Below, in pieces: positions 20,161 through 30,114 of a DNA stretch of 64,000 nt. The stretch spans positions 160,001-224,000 of the forward strand of contig CAVPNL010000005.1 in assembly GCA_963706575.1 (NCBI GenBank), read 5' to 3'. The position numbers and the translations under genes are program-made. Each line of letters begins with the position of its first letter. Within the stretch, counting starts at the first letter, position 1. Source of the stretch: an uncultured delta proteobacterium. GTDB taxonomy: Bacteria; Desulfobacterota; Desulfobacteria; Desulfobacterales; JAHEIW01. The notes below the pieces were generated by a model, which saw only the letters and a program-made list of their open reading frames with translations, was not told the origin of the DNA and did no database searches.

Positions 20161-21602
20161 TGGGAATTTCATCATTTACAATACTGATTAAAGGCGTGAT
20201 CGGCTGGAAAGCGGTGGTGGATATTGTCCTGATCGCTACGGGATTGTTCTTTTTATATCACACCCTGCTTCGGTTAGGGACCTGGCGAATCCTGGCCGGC
20301 ATCATGCTTGCTGCGTTTCTGTTTTTCATCGCCAATGTCATGGACCTCAGAGGCCTGGAGTGGATTTTCGGCAACTTCAGCCATGTGGCCGTCATCGCTC
20401 TGGTTGTGATTTTTCAACCGGAGCTCAGAAAAATATTCGAACGGGCCGCATCGGTCAGGCGATTTGAAATCCGTGATGCCGGGGCTGAACTGTCCCGTAT
20501 GATCATGGATTCCATGATCAAACTGGCCGCGCAACGCCGCGGTGCGATTGTGGTCTTTCCCGGCAAGGAACCTGTTCAGGAATGGCTCTCGGGTGGTTTC
20601 AAACTGGATGCCAGGCCCAGCATCCCGCTTATCATGAGCATTTTCGATCCAAACTCACCGGGACACGATGGCGCTCTGATCATTCAAAAGGGAAAATTTA
20701 CACGTTTTGGGGTGCGCTTACCCATCTCACAGAGCTCAAAGCTTCCGGATGAATTCGGCACCCGCCATCATGCGGCCATGGGTTTGTCCGAAAAGTCGGA
20801 TGCGCTTGCGATTGTCGTTTCCGAAGAACGGGGAAAAATTTCGATATTTAGCAATGGTAAGTTTCGGCAGCTTGATGACCCTGAAAAACTTGAGAGGGCC
20901 ATCACTTCACACTGGAAACACACATCATCGTATCCCTTCGAGCTTCCCGAAGGAAAGAAACGATGGTTGGTGCTTTCACAAATTTTTATCAGCCTATGTC
21001 TGGCGGTTTTTTTCTGGTCGGCACTCATCATTGCTCAGGGAGAAATGCTGGAAAAGATCGTGACGGTGCCGGTGGAATATACGGCCTCGCCTGCGGATCT
21101 CATTTTGGTCGGAGACAAGCAAAAAGAAGTCCGGCTCCATCTGGCCGGTTCGAAGGCAGATCTTGATTCAATCAATCCGGCAGAGTTGAACATAAAAATA
21201 GACCTGTCCAAAGCCGTACCCGGAAAACAGATTTTTCTGATTGGCGGAGAAAATTTGCGATTACCCAGGAACGTAAAATTGCTGGATATGGTTCCCTCCA
21301 GCATGGAGCTCACCCTTGCGCCAATTGTGGAACAGGAAGTCAACATAAAGCCGCAGCTGATAGGAAAACTTCCCGCCGGCCTGAAGATTATTAAAATAGA
21401 AGTGATACCCCCCAAAATAAAGGTCCTTTCTCCTGAAGCCGACGGGAAAAAACAGGTCGTTGATGTCATTACGACACCAATTTATCTGGAGAGCATTTAC
21501 GATGAAACCAGGCTCTATTGTAAAATTATTGCACCGCCGGCTGTTCAGCCGGTAGACAAGCGCTGGCCGGATGTCGAGGTGGTGATCAAGGTGGGGCGCT
21601 AG
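20160..21602 (+). CDS. Diadenylate cyclase CdaA fused to CdaR/YbbR-like domains
   Basis: 3 N-terminal TMs, IFQPELR, RRGAIVVF, GHDGALI, GTRHHAAMGLSE, VSEERG; then a TM and YbbR-like VTVPVEY..VRLHLAG..IDLS.. Confidence 0.9.
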   Translation: MGISSFTILIKGVIGWKAVVDIVLIATGLFFLYHTLLRLGTWRILAGIMLAAFLFFIANVMDLRGLEWIFGNFSHVAVIALVVIFQPELRKIFERAASVRRFEIRDAGAELSRMIMDSMIKLAAQRRGAIVVFPGKEPVQEWLSGGFKLDARPSIPLIMSIFDPNSPGHDGALIIQKGKFTRFGVRLPISQSSKLPDEFGTRHHAAMGLSEKSDALAIVVSEERGKISIFSNGKFRQLDDPEKLERAITSHWKHTSSYPFELPEGKKRWLVLSQIFISLCLAVFFWSALIIAQGEMLEKIVTVPVEYTASPADLILVGDKQKEVRLHLAGSKADLDSINPAELNIKIDLSKAVPGKQIFLIGGENLRLPRNVKLLDMVPSSMELTLAPIVEQEVNIKPQLIGKLPAGLKIIKIEVIPPKIKVLSPEADGKKQVVDVITTPIYLESIYDETRLYCKIIAPPAVQPVDKRWPDVEVVIKVGR

Positions 21603-21803
21603 CAATGTTTTTGCGAAAAATCTGCGCAACCGAAGTCATGGACTAAATTTCTTTTCTAAGATTTGCATTTGTATTTCAAAAAAAAAGAAGCTTTTGGAAA
21701 AACAGGACACCCGACAGCAAATTGGCAGGAAGGATTAGCACATGAATCGGATAAAAACCTTCATCGTCGCAAATTCGTGGTAAAATCGAATTTAATATCA
21801 CCA

Positions 21804-23036
21804 TCACCAGCGCATACGGACTTCCTGGATCGCCTGGGGGGTACTGCGCTCAATGGTGAACGAGATCCCCCTTCTTTTGATGACCGTACCCGGTGCGGGT
21901 ATCTCGCTGGATTTTTCTAATAAAAATCCGGCCAGCGTCGCGTATTTTCCCTTGGGGAGTTGGATGCCCAGCTCTTCCTCAAGGCTGTCAACCTCGATGC
22001 GGGCACTCACCATGTAGTCTCTTTTAGAAATTTTACGTACCCATTGCACCGGTTTTTCACCGCTGTCATATTCATCTTCCATTTCTTCCACCACCTCTTC
22101 CATGATATCTTCCATGGTGACGAGTCCGGCCGCACCGCCGAACTCATCGACAACGACCGCCACCGTATCACCGTCCTTGCGCAGATCCAGGAGCAGCTCA
22201 CTGATATTTTTTGATGGCGGGACGAATCGAACCTCGCGGATAAAGGGCTTTATGGGTTGGTGGCCGTCGGCGCCGAGAAGTTCCAGTGCGTTTAATACGC
22301 CCACGACTTTATCTACGCGTTCGGCATATACCGGCAGGCGGATGTGGGCTTCCGCATGTGCCAGCTCAATGGCGTCGCCGCAGGTGGTGTCCTGTTCAAT
22401 GGCGGCCACATCAATCAACGGAATCATTACTTCATAAGCGGTTGTCTCTGAAAAGCTGAAAATGCGCTGGATCATGTCCTTTTCGTCGGGCTGGATATCG
22501 CCTTCGGCAGCCGGCATCTGCAGCATGGTAAGAATCTCTTCGCGAAGGGTGAAGGGATTTTGGATATTTTGCCCGAAACGCCATGTGAGCAGGCGCGTCG
22601 TCAGCGTGAATACAATGAGTATGGGGTAGAACACATAGGAGGCCAGACGCAGCAGAAAAATCGCACGCGGGGTGATCGTGTTGGCGCGCTGCTGGAAAAT
22701 ACTTTTAGGCACAATTTCGCCAAAGATCCAGATCAAAGGCGCCACCAGGACAATGGCAAACCAGCTGTGTTGTTCCCCGAATAATTCGATCATCAAGGCC
22801 GTAACGATGGTGGTGTTGCTGACCACCGCAATATTGGTACCCACCAGCGTAGTGGACAGCAACCATTCCGGTTTTTTAAGCATTTCCAGGGCCAGTTTTG
22901 CCCCGCGGGAACCTTTGGCAGCTTCATGGCGCAGCTTCATCTGATCCGCGCTCACGACGCCGATTTCTGAACCGGAAAAGAAGGCCTCCATCAGAAGGAA
23001 GACCAAAATTAAAATCAGGGTCAACAATATGTCCAT
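21804..23036 (-). CDS. CNNM-CBS-CorC hemolysin-family Mg2+/Co2+ transporter (CorB-like)
   Basis: FFSGSE, LVGTNI, FGEIVPKS, VVDEFGGAAGLVTMEDI, YATLAGF. Confidence 0.92.
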   Translation of the reverse strand: MDILLTLILILVFLLMEAFFSGSEIGVVSADQMKLRHEAAKGSRGAKLALEMLKKPEWLLSTTLVGTNIAVVSNTTIVTALMIELFGEQHSWFAIVLVAPLIWIFGEIVPKSIFQQRANTITPRAIFLLRLASYVFYPILIVFTLTTRLLTWRFGQNIQNPFTLREEILTMLQMPAAEGDIQPDEKDMIQRIFSFSETTAYEVMIPLIDVAAIEQDTTCGDAIELAHAEAHIRLPVYAERVDKVVGVLNALELLGADGHQPIKPFIREVRFVPPSKNISELLLDLRKDGDTVAVVVDEFGGAAGLVTMEDIMEEVVEEMEDEYDSGEKPVQWVRKISKRDYMVSARIEVDSLEEELGIQLPKGKYATLAGFLLEKSSEIPAPGTVIKRRGISFTIERSTPQAIQEVRMRW

Positions 23037-23094
23037 GGTTTCACTATCGACTCACTTGAAGCAATCCGGTACGTCGGGTGCCTGCCTTGCGGTT

Positions 23095-23240
23095 TAGAAG
23101 TAGTATCAAAACCCCATCTGAGGCCCAATGGCTGCGTTGCAGGCCTCCGATAAATGCTCACATACCCATGTATGCTGCGCTTTCTCGATCGGCCTGCGCC
23201 TTGCCCTTGAACCTGATCTGAGGTTTTGAAATTACTTCTA
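23095..23240. mobile_element. MITE-like element, 146 bp
   Basis: Imperfect TIR TAGAAGTAGTATCAAAACC / GGTTTTGAAATTACTTCTA with central CATACCCATGTATG palindrome. Confidence 0.7.
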
Positions 23241-24572
23241 ATCATTATCGCCCTGCTTTTGAATTGGATTCTCGGCAGCATCAGGCGGTTTTTCTTCAGT
23301 TGGCGCCACTTCCGGGGTTTTTTCAAACTCCACGGTCTTAATACGGTTTTCTTCTACTTCGATAACCCTGAAGCGGAATCCGTCGATTTCGATTTTGTCC
23401 CCTTCGGGTGGAAGTTCACCGTAATGGTGCAGCAACAGGCCACCGATGGTTTCGCCCCATTCCACAGAAAGATCCGAATCCATTTGCTGATTGAATTCTG
23501 CGATCGGCATACTGCCGTCCACAGCGTAGCGACCCTGACCCAGATCTTTGATGCTGACCTGATCCACCTCGTCCGACGGACTGTGAATTTCACCGAAAAT
23601 GCACTCCAGCAGGTCTTCCATGGTGACCATGCCGGTGATACCGCCATATTCGTCAACGGTGAGGGCAATGGATAATTTGCGCTCCCGGAAGGTGCGGAAA
23701 AGATCGGCGGCCAGTTTGGACTCCGGGACGAAATACGGTTTTCGCAAAAGTCTTTGCAGGCGGTGCGGATCCCGGGAAAATTCCTCGATGTCGATTCCCA
23801 GAAGATCTCTTGCGTGCAGAATACCGCAGACATTATCCCGGTTTTCCTGATAGATGGGGATTTTGGTGTGACGGGATTTGCATACCTCGACGATGATCTC
23901 TTCCAGCGGTATATCCATGGCCAGAAAGAAGATGTCAGATCGGGGTGTCATGACATCTTCCAGGGTCTTGTTGCCAAAGTCAAATATCTGCTCAATAAAC
24001 TGGGCTTCAAAATGATCCAGCGCACCTTCACCGACCGCCTCCCGGGTGAGGATTCTGAACATATCTTCGGTGATGATATTGCCGCGGGAGCGGTCCTTGC
24101 CGATAATAAGTGTAATAATCCAGTCTGCTACCTTGCGCACCACAAATCGTAGCGGCTTGATCAAGCGGGCAAACAACTCTATGAGCTTGCTCTCGAAGCC
24201 GGCAAAGGCAATGTTGTGACGGATGGCCAAAACCTTGGGGGTAATTTCACCCAATAGCAGCAGCAGCGGCACCATAATGAGAAGGTTTATCCATTTTTTT
24301 TCGGCGCCGAGCACCTTTATTACAATGGCTGCTGAGATAACTGAAGCGGTTACATTTACCAGTTCGTTGCCGATCAGGATGGTGATGATGAGTCGTCGGG
24401 GCTGACTTAGCAGACGCTGGATGAGGCCAATTCGGGGATGTTGGTCCCGCCGCATTTGCTCCAATTGTATATCGCTCAGGGAAAAGAGTGAGGTTTCGGA
24501 ACTGGAAAAAAAGCCTGAAAGACCCATCATGACAAGAAAAAGGCCGACTTCAAGCCACAGGACATAATCCAT
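23238..24572 (-). CDS. CNNM-CBS-CorC hemolysin-family Mg2+/Co2+ transporter
   Basis: FFSSSETS, LIGNELVN, GEITPK, VMTPRSD, VDEYGGITGMVTMEDL. Confidence 0.92.
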   Translation of the reverse strand: MDYVLWLEVGLFLVMMGLSGFFSSSETSLFSLSDIQLEQMRRDQHPRIGLIQRLLSQPRRLIITILIGNELVNVTASVISAAIVIKVLGAEKKWINLLIMVPLLLLLGEITPKVLAIRHNIAFAGFESKLIELFARLIKPLRFVVRKVADWIITLIIGKDRSRGNIITEDMFRILTREAVGEGALDHFEAQFIEQIFDFGNKTLEDVMTPRSDIFFLAMDIPLEEIIVEVCKSRHTKIPIYQENRDNVCGILHARDLLGIDIEEFSRDPHRLQRLLRKPYFVPESKLAADLFRTFRERKLSIALTVDEYGGITGMVTMEDLLECIFGEIHSPSDEVDQVSIKDLGQGRYAVDGSMPIAEFNQQMDSDLSVEWGETIGGLLLHHYGELPPEGDKIEIDGFRFRVIEVEENRIKTVEFEKTPEVAPTEEKPPDAAENPIQKQGDND

Positions 24573-25007
24573 GATTTGATAAGTACTCGTTTTTTATGGG
24601 GTGGATTAAGAATAAAAAGTGAATTGGTTATCATCCCAGATTTAGTTTAACGTTTCGAAACTTCAAGTAAACGCGAGCAACTAATTAATTTTTATCGAAA
24701 ACAAAGGTGATTGTCAACTCGGTTTTTGCACCGGTGGCGATACTTAAATCCATATGAATATAACGAACGGGCAAGCGCCGGGTTTCCGCCATCTTCAGGC
24801 AAATCGGTCTGTTATTTTCTGTGGCCTAAGATAAAGACCGCCAGAGCGACTATGCCGAAGTCAAATGGAGTCTTTTTTTTATTTTACCTTTTGGTTGATT
24901 TTGGTTTCATTACTGAATAAATTGTAGCAGATCTTTGTTGAATATAATCCATTTTTAATAGAGGGAGAAAAATGACATAATTGTGCTTTTTCATCGATTT
25001 TATAAAA

Positions 25008-25076
25008 TCGCGGCTGGAAGCCGCTCCCACCCCACGAGTCGATCCCTTTCTATGTGGGAGCGGCTTCCAGCCGCGA
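25008..25076. repeat. REP-like inverted doublet (GTGGGAGCGGC class)
   Basis: TCGCGGCTGGAAGCCGCTCCCAC..GTGGGAGCGGCTTCCAGCCGCGA; second copy at 49798. Confidence 0.8.
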
Positions 25077-25154
25077 AAAACCGACAATGCATCTGACTTT
25101 TGCATCAATTCATTTAGCAACGGCTTTACTATAACACAAGCTAAACGATGATCC

Positions 25155-26117
25155 ATGTTGACCTACGTGCTTTTTGCCATCGGCTTCGTCTTTTTGATCA
25201 AAGGAGCGAACTTCCTGGTTGACGGCGCTGTTTCTGTTGCCAGACGCCTGAATGTATCCGACCTGGCTATTGGGTTGACGGTGGTTGCCTTTGGTACCTC
25301 GACCCCGGAATTATTTGTCAACATCATTGCCAGTTTCAAGGGCAACAGCGACATTGCCATCGGCAATGTGCTGGGAAGTAACATCGCCAATGTTTTTCTG
25401 ATCCTGGGGATATCCTCGGTCATTTATCCGCTTGCTGTTACAAAGAGTACCGTCTGGAAAGAAATTCCGTTTAGTTTGCTGGCTGCCATTGTCCTGTTGT
25501 TTACGGCCAATGATCAGATCCTCGATGGTGCCGGCGGATCTGTACTGACGAGAATTGACGGACTCATCTTTCTTTGCTTTTTTACGATTTTTATCTATTA
25601 TACATTTTCCATTGCAGCTCGGGTAGAAGGGATGGAGCAGCATGTTCCCGCCAAACATAATGGATGGCTTCGGTCATTGCTGTGTATTATTGCAGGGTTG
25701 GTCGGGTTAACCATCGGCGGGAAATGGATCGTAGACGGCGCCATTGTCCTTGCCACAAAATTGGGGATGAGCGAATCGTTGATCGGATTGACCATCGTCG
25801 CTGTAGGGACATCATTGCCCGAACTGGCCACCTCGGCTGTGGCGGCTTATAAAAAGAATGTGGAAATTGCCGTGGGCAATGTTGTGGGGTCAAATATTTT
25901 CAACATCTTTTTCGTTCTGGGAATCAGCGCCACCATTAAGCCGCTGCCGTTTCAATCGAAGAATAATATCGACCTCGGTGTCGTGATTTTCTCCAGTCTG
26001 ATGCTGTTTTTCTTTATGTTTACCGGGAAAAAGCGTTCTTTGGACCGCTGGGAGGGAATCGTTTGTTTGATACTCTATTTCGGCTATGTCGCATTTCTCA
26101 TTGTTAATGAACCATAA
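25155..26117 (+). CDS. Calcium/sodium antiporter (CaCA, YrbG-like)
   Basis: Alpha repeats GTSTPE..GNVLGSNIAN and GTSLPE..GNVVGSNIFN. Confidence 0.95.
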   Translation: MLTYVLFAIGFVFLIKGANFLVDGAVSVARRLNVSDLAIGLTVVAFGTSTPELFVNIIASFKGNSDIAIGNVLGSNIANVFLILGISSVIYPLAVTKSTVWKEIPFSLLAAIVLLFTANDQILDGAGGSVLTRIDGLIFLCFFTIFIYYTFSIAARVEGMEQHVPAKHNGWLRSLLCIIAGLVGLTIGGKWIVDGAIVLATKLGMSESLIGLTIVAVGTSLPELATSAVAAYKKNVEIAVGNVVGSNIFNIFFVLGISATIKPLPFQSKNNIDLGVVIFSSLMLFFFMFTGKKRSLDRWEGIVCLILYFGYVAFLIVNEP

Positions 26118-26158
26118 CGCTAAAAGCCTTTATCTTAGTGAAAATAAGGATAAAAGAA

Positions 26159-26687
26159 ATGAAAAAAGTCTTGCTCTTTTTGATCTGTTTGGCAGTCCTT
26201 TTGAGCCCCTGCCCATTATTTGCGAAAGAGAAGCCGGTTCGATTTCTCGGATATTCAGCCTGATCTGGAGTCCGCAATTGGTAAATTGTCTACGTATATT
26301 AATATACTTGAAGACATTCAGAACAAGTTGGATGCATCCGCCAGGGCCAACCAAAATTACAACGAACAGAAAAACCTTTTTCTCTCCTCTCAATTGGCGA
26401 TCACAACCATCACCGCAATCCTGGAGTATAATCGTGACTTGTTGATCCTCTTTGGCGACTTAAAGGAAAAGAACCGCAAAAAATTTTATGAAGTCAGAAT
26501 TGAAAGCCTGGAGACCTCTATTACCCAGATCAACAATATGCATAAACAGATTCAGATTAACTACACGATTTTACCACCCGATTTTTTTGAGCAGGTCCAT
26601 GTAAACACGGAGCGCAAAGTCATCATGTCCTCGATAGCGTCATTGGAAGCGTGTGTTGAGCTCTTAAAATCCGTCAACCAAAAATAA
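26159..26687 (+). CDS. Hypothetical secreted alpha-helical protein; frameshift near 26236
   Basis: ATG 26159 gives signal peptide MKKVLLFLICLAVLLSPCPLFA, which joins ORF 26220..26687 after a 1-nt shift. Confidence 0.6.
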
Positions 26688-26721
26688 AAACGATCCGTGA
26701 CCGGCAAGGAGATGAAAAAAC

Positions 26722-27807
26722 ATGCAAAAAAAGATCAGAAGAACTGCCAAATTTATCAAGAAGTCATCCAAAAAAGCCGGTATGTCCCCCGGAATCCTGG
26801 TACATGTCGGAGAACAGAAGATCGAGACAGCCAGGATCACCTTGATGGGTTACGATCAGGCTCGTTTGGAAGAAAAGCAATTAAAACGCATTGAAGAATC
26901 TTTTGACTTTAAAGACACGCCGCCGGTTAGCTGGATAAACATCGACGGGCTTCATGAGGTCGAGTTGATTGAAAAAATCGGCACCCATTTCAACATTCAC
27001 CCGCTGACTCAGGAAGATATCGTAAATACCGGTCAGCGTCCCAAGGTAGAAGATTTCGAAGAATACGTTTATCTTGTATTTAAGATGCTTAAATTTGACG
27101 AAACGACCGGCCATATCACCTCCGAGCAGGTGAGTCTGATTGTGGGGCCCCATTATTTGTTATCCTTCCAGGAGACTGAAGGTGATGTCTTCAATTCTGT
27201 GCGCGAGCGTATCCGCAAGGGACGGGTTCATATTCGCAAATCCGGGCCCGATTATTTGGCCTATGCCCTGATTGATGCCGTGGTGGACCACTATTTTTTA
27301 ATCCTTGAAAAAGTGGGTGAAAGAATCGAGCACTTCGAGGAGCGCCTTCATGTACAACCGACGCCGGAAATTCTAAAGGACATATATGATCTGAAAAGAG
27401 AATTGATCTATTTCCGCAAGCAGGTATGGCCGATCAGGGAGGTCCTGAGTACCTGGCAAAAGACAGAATCTGCTATTGTTCAAGAAGCCAATAAAGTTTT
27501 TATCCGTGATGTGTATGATCATACGATTCAGGTCATCGATACGATTGAATCTTTTCGGGATATCATTTCGGGTTTGATGGATCTGTACCTGTCCACTGTG
27601 AGCAATAAAATGAATGAGGTCATGAAGGTGTTGACCATCATGGCCACCATTTTCATACCGCTGACGTTCGTGGCCGGCATCTATGGAATGAACTTTAAAT
27701 TTATGCCGGAGCTTGATTGGAAGTGGTCTTACCCGATTCTGTGGATTTTGCTGATTGTCATTTTTTCCGGCATGATGTTTTATTTCAAACGCAAAAAGTG
27801 GTTTTAG
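26722..27807 (+). CDS. corA: Magnesium/cobalt transporter CorA
   Basis: WINIDGLH, HPLTQEDI, QRPKVE, GIYGMNFKFMPEL, KRKKWF. Confidence 0.96.
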   Translation: MQKKIRRTAKFIKKSSKKAGMSPGILVHVGEQKIETARITLMGYDQARLEEKQLKRIEESFDFKDTPPVSWINIDGLHEVELIEKIGTHFNIHPLTQEDIVNTGQRPKVEDFEEYVYLVFKMLKFDETTGHITSEQVSLIVGPHYLLSFQETEGDVFNSVRERIRKGRVHIRKSGPDYLAYALIDAVVDHYFLILEKVGERIEHFEERLHVQPTPEILKDIYDLKRELIYFRKQVWPIREVLSTWQKTESAIVQEANKVFIRDVYDHTIQVIDTIESFRDIISGLMDLYLSTVSNKMNEVMKVLTIMATIFIPLTFVAGIYGMNFKFMPELDWKWSYPILWILLIVIFSGMMFYFKRKKWF

Positions 27808-27876
27808 GGAAGGGGTAGGATTTTGCAAGCAGGTTTTTGGCAGGGGTCGAAAACCGGACCGAATTCCACTGAATCA

Positions 27877-28896
27877 TTATCTGGCAGACTTCTCGAATTG
27901 CTGCATGACGAATGGTCTTAACGTTGCCTCGCAGTATTCTTTTAAATGACCCTCCAAATTTACCAGGGGAATCTCGGCCCGGGCCATGGCGCGATGGCCG
28001 CCGGCGTTTCCAAAAGGACCGAAGGCTTTGCTTGCCAATGAACCGGCATTTTTTCGAAGGCCGTCATTGCGAATAACGACTACCAGGTTTTTGCGGTAAA
28101 TTCCGAAGACGACTGCCCAGGTTACTTCGTGACATTTCATAAAAAAATCGGCGACGAGCACCAATGTATCCTGGGAATGAACCCGACCCAGATAACTGAA
28201 AATTTTTCCTTTGCGGAGCCGCCTGTTTTCAAGCGCCTGCTGAAAATACGGCAGTTCCGCCAGTCCCATTTCGGCGGTTTCGATTCTGCTCAGCAGGTGC
28301 ATGTTGGCATACGGGAAAAGAAAGTGAAAGGCTTTTACATCCTCCTCCAGGGCGCCGGCCTCAAAATTGCGGGTATCTGCTCGAATGGCGTAGACCAGTG
28401 CGGTAGCCAGACTTTTGGAGGGCCTTATTTTGGCCGCATGCAGGTATTGCGTCATGATAGTGGCGGTTGCCCCGTATTCAGGCCGGATGTCGACAAAGGA
28501 GGCTTTCACCGGCATAACCAACGGATGATGGTCGATAACCGCATCGTATTTAAATTTTGCGAATGATTCATGATGATGGGGTTGGCCGTCAACCAGCAGA
28601 ATTTTGGAATAGTTTTGTGAGTCGATCTTATTGAGTCTTGCCAGGGGGATCTTGAGCAGCCTTTTCATTGTGAGATTGTCAAATCGCCTGATTTCATTGA
28701 AATGTGCAATCGTCACCGTATGGACCCGGCGCCAGAGGATGCGCTTCAGCGCCATGGCTGATGCCATGGAATCCGGGTCGGCATCTATGGTAACCAGGAT
28801 CCTGTCCTTTGGGCTGAAGAGATCAAAGAGCTTTTGGAGGTTATCGCTGATTGACCTCGGTTTGCCGTGTCGCGGTCTGGATTTGTCTGTGGTCAT
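27877..28896 (-). CDS. DHH/DHHA1 phosphoesterase (NrnA/DhhP-like)
   Basis: DADPDSMASA, IDHH, GATATI, ADT, AGGHRAMA. Confidence 0.9.
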   Translation of the reverse strand: MTTDKSRPRHGKPRSISDNLQKLFDLFSPKDRILVTIDADPDSMASAMALKRILWRRVHTVTIAHFNEIRRFDNLTMKRLLKIPLARLNKIDSQNYSKILLVDGQPHHHESFAKFKYDAVIDHHPLVMPVKASFVDIRPEYGATATIMTQYLHAAKIRPSKSLATALVYAIRADTRNFEAGALEEDVKAFHFLFPYANMHLLSRIETAEMGLAELPYFQQALENRRLRKGKIFSYLGRVHSQDTLVLVADFFMKCHEVTWAVVFGIYRKNLVVVIRNDGLRKNAGSLASKAFGPFGNAGGHRAMARAEIPLVNLEGHLKEYCEATLRPFVMQQFEKSAR

Positions 28897-28959
28897 GGGT
28901 TCACCTGTTTTGCTGCTGTCCCTGATTTCGAGATGTTCCCGCCGGCGAAGTTAGCACAA

Positions 28960-29895
28960 TTATTGGCCTCCAACGATAAGATCATACGGCACGTTCGGAT
29001 CCAGTTGCAGAACCATGGCCCCGCCGGAGAAGGCCCGGACAAAGCCGTCTGTTGCCGAAACGACAATCGCCGTGGCGGCCGTCCGCTTTGTGACGGCGGC
29101 GGCAGCCAGGTGTCGGGCGCCAAAGCCGGGTGGGATTTTCACCTCGACATCAAAGGTGGCCAAAAAAGCTCCGGCGGTCTGAATAAAGCCGTCACCGCGG
29201 AGAACAAAAGCGCCGTCGAGTTTGGATAACTCAACGAGCGCATTCTGGGTATCTGAATCGGTAAGTCTGCGATCGGCGTCCTCGTGACCCTGGAAAGGAT
29301 TGGGAATAAGCTGTTTGGAACCCTTTAAGACTTCAACCGAATCGCCCAGCATGATAATCGTCCCGATGTTCTTTCCGCTGCGGGAGATTTGGCCAATTTT
29401 GCAGGCAACATTAATTGCAACCTCCAGGACGCTGGGCCGAATACCGTCGGTCAGTTTCAGAAGGTCGGAAACCGCGAGATACTCGATGCCCGCTTCTACA
29501 TCTCCCAGCACAACCAGGTCGCCTTTCTCTTTGCGGTAAACATTGCGACCCAACGCGCATAAAGCCAGATCGCCGACAGAAATACGCTGTGATCTGAGGG
29601 TAACCGACAGCATATGTCGAACCTGGTTGTGTCTGTCAATTGCGCGAATGGGCAGTCGTACTGTTTCCAGGCCTTTTTCTGTCAGGGTGTCATAGGTCTC
29701 GGCGTTAGTTGTGGCGGCAATGACCCGAATCTGTTGGGAAAGACTATGGATCTGGATCGCCAAAGCCCCGGTTTCAGTGGCACATATGATAACATCGGCC
29801 GGCGCTGCCTGAGCAATGCGAACAACCATTTTTGCCAGGTCTTCTGCGGAGCGAAGCGTCTCTTTTTTAAGATTATCGAGGCTATGCTGATCCAT
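28960..29895 (-). CDS. Diadenylate cyclase, DacZ/CdaZ-type (PK_C-like N-terminus + DAC domain)
   Basis: N-terminal IICATETG..VIAATTN; GKNIGTIIMLGD, LIPNPF, LSKLDGAFVL, GFGARHLAAAAVT, IVVSATDG. Confidence 0.85.
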   Translation of the reverse strand: MDQHSLDNLKKETLRSAEDLAKMVVRIAQAAPADVIICATETGALAIQIHSLSQQIRVIAATTNAETYDTLTEKGLETVRLPIRAIDRHNQVRHMLSVTLRSQRISVGDLALCALGRNVYRKEKGDLVVLGDVEAGIEYLAVSDLLKLTDGIRPSVLEVAINVACKIGQISRSGKNIGTIIMLGDSVEVLKGSKQLIPNPFQGHEDADRRLTDSDTQNALVELSKLDGAFVLRGDGFIQTAGAFLATFDVEVKIPPGFGARHLAAAAVTKRTAATAIVVSATDGFVRAFSGGAMVLQLDPNVPYDLIVGGQ

Positions 29896-30114
29896 ACTTC
29901 CCCCTTTTGTTTGCCGGGTGCCGGAATCCGAATTCCGCTAAATCCGTATCTTTAAAATAATCATGAAATGAAAAAATTTCGACCCGGCATGGACCCCAAA
30001 GTCTTTTTTGTTATAAATAGGGTTGCTTCGCTTGTTATGATGATTAACCTCCTTGTTTAACTATTATCGCGATCTAAAATTATCAACAATTTTTAACTTT
30101 AAGGCCGAATTATT

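Noticed and set aside
29896..30114. c-di-AMP (ydaO) or Mg (M-box) riboswitch in the island's intergenic regions
   Set aside because: No recognisable consensus by eye here or at 24573-25154; an Infernal/Rfam scan would be decisive.
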